A stretch of DNA of 64,000 bases from Actinomycetes bacterium. Its GTDB lineage: Bacteria > Actinomycetota > Actinomycetes > DATJPE01. Under the pieces are notes generated by a model. It worked only from the letters and a program-made list of their open reading frames with translations, was not told the DNA's origin and made no database searches. The position numbers were made by a program, and so were the translations under genes. Location: NCBI GenBank assembly GCA_035506535.1, contig DATJPE010000033.1, forward strand, positions 35,506 to 99,505, in the 5' to 3' direction. Positions 9,642 to 17,913 of this stretch are shown piece after piece. The stretch's first letter is position 1; every line of letters starts with the position of its first letter.

Positions 9642-9887
9642 CTAGGAGCGGATCGGGGCCGCCAGGGCGTAGCCCGCCTCGGCGACCGCCTTGGTGAGCT
9701 CCTCGTCGGAGAGGGTGCGACGAGCCCGCACCGTGGCCCGCGAGGGCCGGTCGGCGTCCCCGAGCTCGATGTCGACGGACTCGACCGATCCGATCGCGCC
9801 CAACTCCTCTCGCACCGCCGACACGCAGTGCGAGCACGTCATCCCCGCCACGAGAAGCTCGTAGCGGTTGGCTGCGACGTCGCTCAT
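9642..9887 (-). CDS. copZ: CopZ-like heavy-metal chaperone
   Basis: GMTCSHC, C-terminal AVAEAGY. Confidence 0.88.
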   Translation of the reverse strand: MSDVAANRYELLVAGMTCSHCVSAVREELGAIGSVESVDIELGDADRPSRATVRARRTLSDEELTKAVAEAGYALAAPIRS

Positions 9888-9907
9888 CCGGCTCCTCATC
9901 CTCGGGA

Positions 9908-10600
9908 TCACATGCCGCTCATGCCGTGCATGGACATACTGGCCATCCCGAACTGCATGGCCAGGATCATGTAGCCCATGCCCAGGCTCATCAGCGACAG
10001 GGTCGCGCGCACGACTCGGCTGTCCAGGCGCTCATGATGGCCCTGGCTGACGGCCGGCTCAGTCCGCGCGACCAGCGCCGGCCCGGCCGCCCCCACGGCC
10101 ACGACCGGGCGCGCGGGCAGAGCTGCCCCGGCCTCCGGCTCGGGCCAACCGACTCCCGCCCGCTCGGCGGCGTGGGCGAGCGGGCCGGCGGCCCAGGCGA
10201 TCGCCTCGATCGCGAACCAGGCGGCCAGGACGGTCGACAGCACGGCGTCGCCGTGCTGGGGAATGGCGAACATGTAGGCCATGGCGAGCAGGTCGACCGC
10301 GGTGAGCGGCCAGACCACCGTGCTACGTCGGTGCCGGCGTGCGTCACCGACGACGAGGACCAAGACGCCACACGCGGCGGCGAGGTAGACCACCTCCGGC
10401 AGTGCGGGGCCGACGACCATGGCGCCACCGGGCCAGAACATGTCGATCATGCCAAGGGCCATGAGCACGTGGGTCGCGTGCCACAGGCGCCGTCGCCCGG
10501 CCATCCCCACGCTGTGTCGCAGGTGGACGGCGAGCACCCAGGTGTAAGCAGCGGTCCACAGGAGCGCGGACCACGTGGGGATCCACGAGCTCGCGCTCAT
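9908..10600 (-). CDS. DUF5134-like Met/His-rich membrane protein
   Basis: HATHVLMALGMIDM, DLLAMAYM, LMSLGMGYM, tail MASMSMHGMSGM; upstream of copZ. Confidence 0.7.
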   Translation of the reverse strand: MSASSWIPTWSALLWTAAYTWVLAVHLRHSVGMAGRRRLWHATHVLMALGMIDMFWPGGAMVVGPALPEVVYLAAACGVLVLVVGDARRHRRSTVVWPLTAVDLLAMAYMFAIPQHGDAVLSTVLAAWFAIEAIAWAAGPLAHAAERAGVGWPEPEAGAALPARPVVAVGAAGPALVARTEPAVSQGHHERLDSRVVRATLSLMSLGMGYMILAMQFGMASMSMHGMSGM

Positions 10601-10720
10601 CAGTCCCTCCAGATCGCCTCGGCCCGGGTGGGCCGTCCGAGCATAGCGAAGGCTCAACGGGCGGTTGCGCTCACGGGAGCGGCCCACCGAAGGCAACGCG
10701 TCGGACGTACCCTCAGACCC

Positions 10721-12451
10721 GTGGAGATCCCCGAGCGGGACCCCGGCCTGCCGGAGCCGCCGCTGCTGCGCCGCATCCGCGAGTCGGTCATCGGGGACGA
10801 CGAGCTCATGCAGACCCCGTACGGCGCTCGGCGGGTGACCTACGCGGACTACACCGCCAGCGGGCGCGGCCTGTCCTTCGTGGAGGACTTCGTCCGGCAC
10901 GAGGTCCTGCCGCGCTACGCCAACACGCACACCGAGTCCAGCGGCACCGGGCTGCAGACCACCCGGCTGCGCGAGGACGCTCGGCGGATCATCCACGACG
11001 CGGTCAACGGCGACGACGACACGGTCGTGCTCTTCGCCGGGTCCGGGAGCACCGGGGCGATCGACAAGCTGATCGGCATCCTCAACCTGCGGCTCCCGGC
11101 CGACCTCGACGCGCGCTGGCAGCTGTCGTCGCACATCCCGCGCGAGCAACGGCCCGTCGTCCTCATCGGGCCGTTCGAGCACCACAGCAACGAGCTGCCG
11201 TGGCGGGAGTCGATCGCCGACGTCGTGGTGATCCCCGAGGATGTCGACGGGCACATCGACAAGGCACGCCTGGAGGATGCGCTGCGCGCGTACGCCCACC
11301 GGCCCCTGCGCATCGGCAGCTTCAGCGCCGCGAGCAACGTCACAGGGATCGTCAGCGACGCCCACGCGATCTCGGCCCTGCTGCACGAGCACGGCGCGCT
11401 CGCGTTCTGGGACTACGCGGCGGCCGGCCCGTACGTCGACATCGAGGTCAACCCGCGCTGCGAGGCGCACCCCCTCGCCTACAAGGACGCCGTCTTCCTC
11501 TCACCGCACAAGTTCATCGGCGGTCCGGGCACGCCGGGGGTCCTCGTCGTCCGTCGCGAGCTGTTGACGAACTCGGTGCCCGACGTCGTGGGTGGCGGCA
11601 CCGTCGCCTACGTGAACCCGGCCGAGCACGTCTACCTGAGCGATCCGGTGCACCGCGAGGAGGGCGGCACGCCCGCCATCATCGACTCGATCCGTGCCGG
11701 CCTCGTCTTCCAGCTCAAGGAAGCCGTCGGGGTCGAGGTGATCCGCGCCCACGAGGAGGACATGCTGCGCCGCGCGGTCGAGGCGTGGCACACCCATCCC
11801 TGCATCGAGGTGCTCGGCAACCTCGAGGCCGAGCGCCTGTCCATCGTGTCCTTCGTCGTCCGCCGTCCCGGCGGTCGCTATCTGCACCACAACCTCGTCG
11901 TGGCCATCCTCAACGACGTCTTCGGGATCCAGTCGCGCGGCGGGTGCTCGTGCGCAGGGCCGTACGGCCACCGGCTGCTCGGCATCGACCTCGAACGCAG
12001 CCACGAGTTCGAGCGCGCGATCACCGCCGGCTGCGAGGGCATCAAGCCCGGCTGGGTGCGCGTGAGCTTCAACTACTTCGTCAGCGAGGCGGTCTTCCAC
12101 TACGTGGTCGAAGCGGTGGCCCTCGTCGCCGACGAGGGCTGGCGGCTCATGCCCGACTACCGCTTCGACGCGGTGTCGGGTCGCTGGCGGCATCGCGACG
12201 GAGCGGTCGAACCGCCCCTGCGGCTGCACCAGGTGAGCTACTCCGCTGACGGCGCCATGACCTACCCGCACACCCATGCCGTTGCCGACGAGTCGGTGCT
12301 CGAGCAGCACCTCGCCGACGCCAGGGCCCTGTTCGCCTCGCGAGCCGGGGACGTCGTCACGGCCGGCGCGGACGAGCTCCTCGAGCGGCTCGGGCCGGAC
12401 GTCGAGGCCTTGCGCTGGTTCGAGCTCCCCTCGGTCTGCCTCGAGCCCTAG
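10721..12451 (+). CDS. Class V PLP-dependent enzyme (SufS-like cysteine desulfurase family)
   Basis: YADYTASG, EHHSNELPW, SPHKFIGGPG (PLP Lys), RGGCSCA. Confidence 0.85.
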   Translation: MEIPERDPGLPEPPLLRRIRESVIGDDELMQTPYGARRVTYADYTASGRGLSFVEDFVRHEVLPRYANTHTESSGTGLQTTRLREDARRIIHDAVNGDDDTVVLFAGSGSTGAIDKLIGILNLRLPADLDARWQLSSHIPREQRPVVLIGPFEHHSNELPWRESIADVVVIPEDVDGHIDKARLEDALRAYAHRPLRIGSFSAASNVTGIVSDAHAISALLHEHGALAFWDYAAAGPYVDIEVNPRCEAHPLAYKDAVFLSPHKFIGGPGTPGVLVVRRELLTNSVPDVVGGGTVAYVNPAEHVYLSDPVHREEGGTPAIIDSIRAGLVFQLKEAVGVEVIRAHEEDMLRRAVEAWHTHPCIEVLGNLEAERLSIVSFVVRRPGGRYLHHNLVVAILNDVFGIQSRGGCSCAGPYGHRLLGIDLERSHEFERAITAGCEGIKPGWVRVSFNYFVSEAVFHYVVEAVALVADEGWRLMPDYRFDAVSGRWRHRDGAVEPPLRLHQVSYSADGAMTYPHTHAVADESVLEQHLADARALFASRAGDVVTAGADELLERLGPDVEALRWFELPSVCLEP

Positions 12452-12480
12452 ATGCCAGGGTCGTCGCGCGAGCGAGCGGA

Positions 12481-14202
12481 TCAGGTGGCGTGCAGGAGCA
12501 GGCGTGCGGAGTATCCGTTCGAGCGGTAGCCGTCGGAGTGGACCACGACACGGTAGGCGTACCAGGTGGCCCGGGGCGGGGTCACCCGGAAGGCGAAGCG
12601 ACCCTCGCTCGAGGTGTGCGTGCTCGCCACGGTGACCCAGGCCCCGCCCTGGCGGACCTGGCGGTCGACGAGCAGTCCCGCCTCGGTCGGGGCGACGCGT
12701 CCCCGCAGCGACACCGGGTGGCCGTGGCGGACCGAGCCGGCGCTGAGCGCCGCCGTGACGGCAAGCCTGACGGTGGAGGAGTTCGGGGCGCTGCTTCCCG
12801 GGTAGTACCACCACGACCCGGACACGAGCAGCCGGTAGGAGCCGTTGGCACGGGGCAGCCGACTGACGGACAGCGTCCCGGTGGCCGACGTGCGGCCGGT
12901 CGCCACCTTCTGCCAGCTCTGCCCGGGCCGTGACCACTGCAGCGTCCACGGCAGGTCGGCGACCGGTGTCCCGCCGGGGCTGCGGACCTTGCCCGAGACG
13001 ATGATCCGGCGCCCGTACGTGGTGTCCCCCGCGTACAGCGAGACGACGGGCGTCCGCTTGGCGACCGACCGGGCGTAGGTGCGCAGCTGGGTGAACTGCC
13101 CAGCACCCTCGTACCCGAGGGCCCACAGCGCCACGCCGGCGAGGTGGTAGCGCGCGACGAGCTCGGTCCGGTCGAGGACCGCGTGGGCGTCGTCGTAGAC
13201 GACCTTGCGGGTGACCGTGCACGCGGCGGCGCTGCCGTCCGCGGCGTGACCGGCATAGACCTTGCGGTAAGTGAACGAGCGCTCGGCGGTCGAGGCGTCC
13301 CAGTGCTTCGTGGCGCCGTACTGGGTCGCCAGCGCCTCTGCCTGGCGCGTGGTCGGCGCCGTTGTGAACGGCATGTTGTCCGTCGGGCACCCGGCCGTCG
13401 AGGAGACCACCCAGTTGCGGCCGTACGCCGGGACACCCAGCTGGATGCGGCCGGCGGGGACCTGGGTCACGGCGTAGGCCACGATCTGGCGCACCCACGA
13501 GATCGGGGCGATCGGCCCGGGCGAGGAGACCGAGTAGTCGTAGGCCATGATGCGCAGCCGGTCGACGTAGGGCGCGATGTCGTGCCAGTCATAGACCCAG
13601 AACCCGCTGGTGTCGCTACGGGCGCTGTCGTAGATGGGCGGGGTGGTGACCGCGAGGGTGCGGCCGGCTCGATGCAACGCGAGAGAGAGCTGGCGGACGA
13701 ACTGCACCCAGGCAGGGCGCGTAGTCGCCCAGGTCGAGCGGCCGTCGTGGAAGGCGAAGCTCTCGTAGTCCAGGTCGATGCCGTCGTAGTCGCCGCGCTC
13801 GGCGAGAGCGACGAGGGCGTGGACCTGGTTGGCCCGAAGCGTGCTCGAGCGCAGGATCGAGGCCATCTTGCCCTTGGGGGTGCCATCGGCGACCGTGGCG
13901 TAGACCCGCAGGTGCGCGGCGTGCGCCTGGGCCACGATGGCCGCCCGCTGGGCATCGGGCACGCGGTCGGAGATGACGGTGCTGCTGAGGGCGGAGTGCC
14001 AGAACCCGCCGACGTCGCTCATCAGGTCCGCGTTGGCCTGCATGCTCGCCACGGCATCGGCCGTGCCCCAGTAGGGCAACCAGCCGCTGACGATCCGGCG
14101 GGGCTGCGCCTGCGCCTGCGCGGGAGCGCTGAGGGAGGAGAGGCCGACCCCGACGAGAACCGCGGCGATGCCCACCGCCAGCGCGCTCTTCAGCGAAGCC
14201 AC
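12481..14202 (-). CDS. Secreted GH18 glycoside hydrolase with C-terminal Ig-like domains
   Basis: Signal peptide, DGIDLDYE catalytic motif, IMAYDY, GVALWALG; GTG 14202 after GGAG. Confidence 0.85.
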   Translation of the reverse strand: MASLKSALAVGIAAVLVGVGLSSLSAPAQAQAQPRRIVSGWLPYWGTADAVASMQANADLMSDVGGFWHSALSSTVISDRVPDAQRAAIVAQAHAAHLRVYATVADGTPKGKMASILRSSTLRANQVHALVALAERGDYDGIDLDYESFAFHDGRSTWATTRPAWVQFVRQLSLALHRAGRTLAVTTPPIYDSARSDTSGFWVYDWHDIAPYVDRLRIMAYDYSVSSPGPIAPISWVRQIVAYAVTQVPAGRIQLGVPAYGRNWVVSSTAGCPTDNMPFTTAPTTRQAEALATQYGATKHWDASTAERSFTYRKVYAGHAADGSAAACTVTRKVVYDDAHAVLDRTELVARYHLAGVALWALGYEGAGQFTQLRTYARSVAKRTPVVSLYAGDTTYGRRIIVSGKVRSPGGTPVADLPWTLQWSRPGQSWQKVATGRTSATGTLSVSRLPRANGSYRLLVSGSWWYYPGSSAPNSSTVRLAVTAALSAGSVRHGHPVSLRGRVAPTEAGLLVDRQVRQGGAWVTVASTHTSSEGRFAFRVTPPRATWYAYRVVVHSDGYRSNGYSARLLLHAT

Positions 14203-14284
14203 TTCATCTCCTCCAGTGCTGGCCGGGCGACCTGTCCGGCCACCTTCCACTGTGACCGCCCTACCCAAGGACAGCCACATCGAA

Positions 14285-14303
14285 GCCTGAGAGTCTCTCA
14301 GGC
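14285..14303. promoter_or_regulatory. Perfect inverted repeat GCCTGAGAG-T-CTCTCAGGC (terminator or operator)
   Basis: Lies between the ABC operon end (14310) and the GH18 start. Confidence 0.4.
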
Positions 14304-14309
14304 CGAGCG

Positions 14310-15059
14310 TCAGAGGTGACCGAACTCACTCACCCTGCGCAGGAACGCCTGGGTACGTGGCTGCGCCGGCGCGGCGAAGAACTGCGCCGGAGGGCCCTGC
14401 TCGCACACGACCCCGCCGTCGAGGAAGACGACCTCGCTCGCCACCTCGCGGGCGAAGCCCATCTCGTGGGTGGCAAGCACCATCGTCATCCCCGAGCGGG
14501 CCAGGTCCCGGATGACCTCCAGCACCTCACCGACCAGCTCCGGGTCGAGCGCGGAGGTCACCTCGTCGAGCAGCAGCAGGTCGGGCTCCATGGCGAGGGC
14601 CCGCACGATCGCGACGCGCTGCTGCTGGCCGCCGGAGAGCCGGTCCGGGTAGTCGTCGGCCTTGTCGGCCAGCCCGAACCGGGACAGCAACTCCCTCGCC
14701 TGAGCCTGCACCTGCTTCGAGGGGCGCCGGGCCACCTTGCGCGGGGCCAGGCAGACGTTCTCCAGAACGGACAGGTGTGGGAAGAGGTTGTACGCCTGGA
14801 ACACGATCCCGACCCGCCGGCGGACCGCGTCGAGGTCGACGTCGTAGTCCGTCACGTCGATGTCGTCGACCCGGATGCTGCCCGCGTCCACCGGCTCCAG
14901 GCCGTTGATGCAGCGTAGGAGGGTCGACTTCCCGGAGCCGGAGGCACCGATGAGGCAGACGACGCCCCCGCGCTCGACGTCGAGGGAGACCCCGCGCAGG
15001 ACGGCCGTCGTGCCGAACGCCTTGTGCACGGAGTCGACGTGCAGCAGCGGCTCGCTCAT
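14310..15059 (-). CDS. Polar amino-acid ABC transporter ATPase (GlnQ-like)
   Basis: GASGSGKS, LSGGQQQR, LLLDEVTSALDPE, THEMGFA. Confidence 0.93.
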   Translation of the reverse strand: MSEPLLHVDSVHKAFGTTAVLRGVSLDVERGGVVCLIGASGSGKSTLLRCINGLEPVDAGSIRVDDIDVTDYDVDLDAVRRRVGIVFQAYNLFPHLSVLENVCLAPRKVARRPSKQVQAQARELLSRFGLADKADDYPDRLSGGQQQRVAIVRALAMEPDLLLLDEVTSALDPELVGEVLEVIRDLARSGMTMVLATHEMGFAREVASEVVFLDGGVVCEQGPPAQFFAAPAQPRTQAFLRRVSEFGHL

Positions 15060-15910
15060 CGCACCCCGATGGTCTGGCGCTCCCGCTCCCGCGCGAGCAG
15101 CCGGTCGGTGACCCGGGCCAGCGGGATCGTGATCGCGATGAACAGAAGAGCGGCGGCGACGAGGGGGGTGGAGTTGAAGTCGGAGCTCTCATAGATCTGG
15201 GCGGCCCGCAGCGCCTCGATCGGCCCCAGCACCGCGACGAGAGCAGTGTCCTTCTGCAGCGAGACGAAGTCGTTGAGCAGCGGCGGCAGCACCCGGCGGA
15301 CCGCCTGGGGGAGGACCACGTGACGCATCGTCTGGAACGAGCTGAGGCCGAGCGAGCGGGCCGCCGCGCGCTGGCTCGGGTGCACCGACTCGATCCCGGC
15401 TCGGTAGACCTCGGAGACGTAGGCGCTGTAGGAGACGACGAGCGCGACGGTTCCCCAGACGGTCACCGAGGAGGTGAGGCCCTGGATCTGCAGCGCCGGG
15501 ATGCCGAACCCGAAGAGGAACACCAGCAGCAGGGTGGGCACCCCTCGGAAGACGTCCACGAACAGGGCTGCGAGCAGCCGGAACGGCAGGAACACCGGCG
15601 CCCGGAGCCCGCGCAGCAGGGCGATGCCGAGGGCCACGACGAGGATGAGCACCTCCGCGACGCAGAAAAGCTTCACGTTGAGCAAGAAGCCGCGCAGCAC
15701 GCTGGGGAAGGACGCCTTGAACTCCGAGGGCGAGAAGAACTGCTCCTTCACGGCGGGCCAGCCGGGGGCGGAGGTGACACCCCAGACGATGAGCGCCAGC
15801 GCCACCACGGTGGACAGCGACGCGATCCCGGCGTCGCGTCGAGCCCGCCGCCGCAGGTGGTCCTGGCGCTCCGGGTCGACGTACGGCAGGTCGGCCGCGG
15901 CCGGGGTCAC
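15056..15910 (-). CDS. Polar amino-acid ABC permease (HisM/GlnP-like)
   Basis: FRGVPTLL, AYVSEVYRAGI, AAARSLGLS, LQKDTALV; GTG overlaps the SBP stop. Confidence 0.92.
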   Translation of the reverse strand: MTPAAADLPYVDPERQDHLRRRARRDAGIASLSTVVALALIVWGVTSAPGWPAVKEQFFSPSEFKASFPSVLRGFLLNVKLFCVAEVLILVVALGIALLRGLRAPVFLPFRLLAALFVDVFRGVPTLLLVFLFGFGIPALQIQGLTSSVTVWGTVALVVSYSAYVSEVYRAGIESVHPSQRAAARSLGLSSFQTMRHVVLPQAVRRVLPPLLNDFVSLQKDTALVAVLGPIEALRAAQIYESSDFNSTPLVAAALLFIAITIPLARVTDRLLARERERQTIGVR

Positions 15911-16878
15911 GAGAAGGTGACGACCCCGGCCCCGGCGCCGAGCCACTTGTCGGTGATCTGCTGCAGCTCACCGCTCGACTTGATCGCCGCGACGGCCTGG
16001 TTCACACAGGTGAGGATCGGGCTGCCCTTCTGCATGAGGAGGCCGAACTGCTCGCCCTTGGCCGGCGCCGGGAACTGGCCGACGATGATCCCGTTGTCCA
16101 GCTCGGCACCGGTGATGTAGAAGGCGGTGGGCAGGTCCACGACGATCGCGTCGACCTGCCCGTTCTTCAGCGCCTTGGTCGCGGCGTCGGTGTCGTTGAA
16201 GACACTGGGCTGCTGCGTGGGCTTCACGATGTCTTGGATCGTCTGCAGGCTGGTCGTGCCGACCTGGACGCCGAACTTGAGCTTCTTCAGCCCCTCGATC
16301 GTCGTGACGCCGTCGGCCTTGCCGCCCTTGAGCGCGATGACCGCCTGGTTGACGTTGTAGTAGCCGTCGCTGAAGTCCACGACCTTGGCCCGCTGCGGGG
16401 TGATCGAGATCTCGTTGATGTCGAAGTCGAAGCGCTTCGGCCCGGGCTGGTAGGAGCTGTTGAAGGGAACGACGACCCACTTGACCTGGTTCGTGGCGTA
16501 GCCGAGCTGCTTGGCCACCGCGTAGGCGACGGCCGACTCGAAGCCCTTGCCGTTGGCCGGGTTGTTGTTCTCGAAGTACGGGGGGTAGGCCGGCTTGTCG
16601 GTGCCGACGGTCAGCACACCGCTGGTCCTGGTCTTCAAGGTGTCAGGGCTGCAGGACGACGACGCCGACCCGGCCGCCGACGTGGACGTGGCGGGCGTGG
16701 ACCCGGACGAGCCGGTCGAGGCTGCCGCGGATGTCCCCTGGGAGGTCGCACCCGACGACCCCGCGCTGCTGGCGGTGGAGCAGCCCGCCAGGCCGAGACA
16801 GGCCACGGCCAGCAGGCCGAGAGGGACACGAAGCGCACGTCGATTCGGATTCACGACCGGACACGATAACCGCCACAT
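15907..16878 (-). CDS. Amino-acid-binding lipoprotein (SBP family 3)
   Basis: Lipobox LAG-C, AYPPYF, EISITPQR..VDFS, GTTS, VDLPT. Confidence 0.9.
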   Translation of the reverse strand: MWRLSCPVVNPNRRALRVPLGLLAVACLGLAGCSTASSAGSSGATSQGTSAAASTGSSGSTPATSTSAAGSASSSCSPDTLKTRTSGVLTVGTDKPAYPPYFENNNPANGKGFESAVAYAVAKQLGYATNQVKWVVVPFNSSYQPGPKRFDFDINEISITPQRAKVVDFSDGYYNVNQAVIALKGGKADGVTTIEGLKKLKFGVQVGTTSLQTIQDIVKPTQQPSVFNDTDAATKALKNGQVDAIVVDLPTAFYITGAELDNGIIVGQFPAPAKGEQFGLLMQKGSPILTCVNQAVAAIKSSGELQQITDKWLGAGAGVVTFS

Positions 16879-16980
16879 GTCACATCGTGGTCGAGGGCGC
16901 CCTCCCCCGTGGGTCAGGACGCCCTCTTCCCTCGTTGACGCAGCCGGGACCGATCAGGTTCCGTCGGGTTCGGTGCCGGG

Positions 16981-17913
16981 TCAGGAGAAGGCGGCGAGCC
17001 CGGCGCCGCGGCCGAGCCAGCGCTGGGTGATCGCCGCGAGGCGCCCGGAGGTGGCGAGGGCGTCGAGGGCCTGGTCCACGCAGGCCAGGATCGGGCTGTC
17101 GCGCTCGAGCGTCATGCCCCACTGGGTGCCGGTCTCGGGTGTCGGGAACGACCCGGTCACGACCAGGCCGGACCCTGCGCTCGCCAGGGCGAAGGCGGTC
17201 GGGAGATCGACGACGACCGCGTCCACCCGCCCGGCCTGAAGCGCCCGCTCGGCGGCCGCGACACTCGGGTAGGCACGTGGCGCGCGGCTGGGGCGCACGT
17301 CACGGCGGATGGTGGCCATCCCGGCGGAGGCGGCGCGAGCGCCGAGCCGCAGCGTGCGCAGCCCGGCCGTGGTGCGGACCGCCGCGGCAGGACCGCCGGT
17401 TCGCGCCAGCACGCTCTGGTTGACGAGGTAGTAGGCGTGGCTGAAGTCGACGCTGCGCGCCGCGGCCACCGTGATGGGCAGCTGGCCGATGCCGATGTCG
17501 AACGGCTGCGACGCGCTGGACGTCAGGTCGGAGGCGGCCACGGTGTCCCACACGACGTCGGTGTCATGGAAGCCGAGCTGGTGCGCGAGGGCGTACGCGA
17601 GCGCCGACTCGAAGCCCTTGCCGTTTCCTGGGTTGTTGTCCTCGAAGTACGGCGGCTCGGCCGGGGTCGACGTCGCGAAGGTGAGCTCGTGCTCCACCTT
17701 GGTCGTGAGGCTGTCCGGGGAGCACGACAGCGCGGACGACACGCCCGGCGCGCTCGAGGAGGGCAACTCGGACTGCCCCTGCGTCTGGTCGGCCTCCGCG
17801 CTGCCGGCAATGGCGCCGCTGGGCGCCTCGCACCCGGCCAGCGCGACCGCGCCGACCACCACTGCCACCAGGCACGCCGCGAGGGCGCGGCGGCGGTTCC
17901 CCGGCGTCGTCAC
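16981..17913 (-). CDS. Second, divergent SBP family 3 lipoprotein (paralog of the neighbour)
   Basis: LAG-C lipobox; EPPYFEDNNPGNGKGFESALAYA matches the neighbour; ligand-contact residues altered. Confidence 0.85.
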   Translation of the reverse strand: MTTPGNRRRALAACLVAVVVGAVALAGCEAPSGAIAGSAEADQTQGQSELPSSSAPGVSSALSCSPDSLTTKVEHELTFATSTPAEPPYFEDNNPGNGKGFESALAYALAHQLGFHDTDVVWDTVAASDLTSSASQPFDIGIGQLPITVAAARSVDFSHAYYLVNQSVLARTGGPAAAVRTTAGLRTLRLGARAASAGMATIRRDVRPSRAPRAYPSVAAAERALQAGRVDAVVVDLPTAFALASAGSGLVVTGSFPTPETGTQWGMTLERDSPILACVDQALDALATSGRLAAITQRWLGRGAGLAAFS

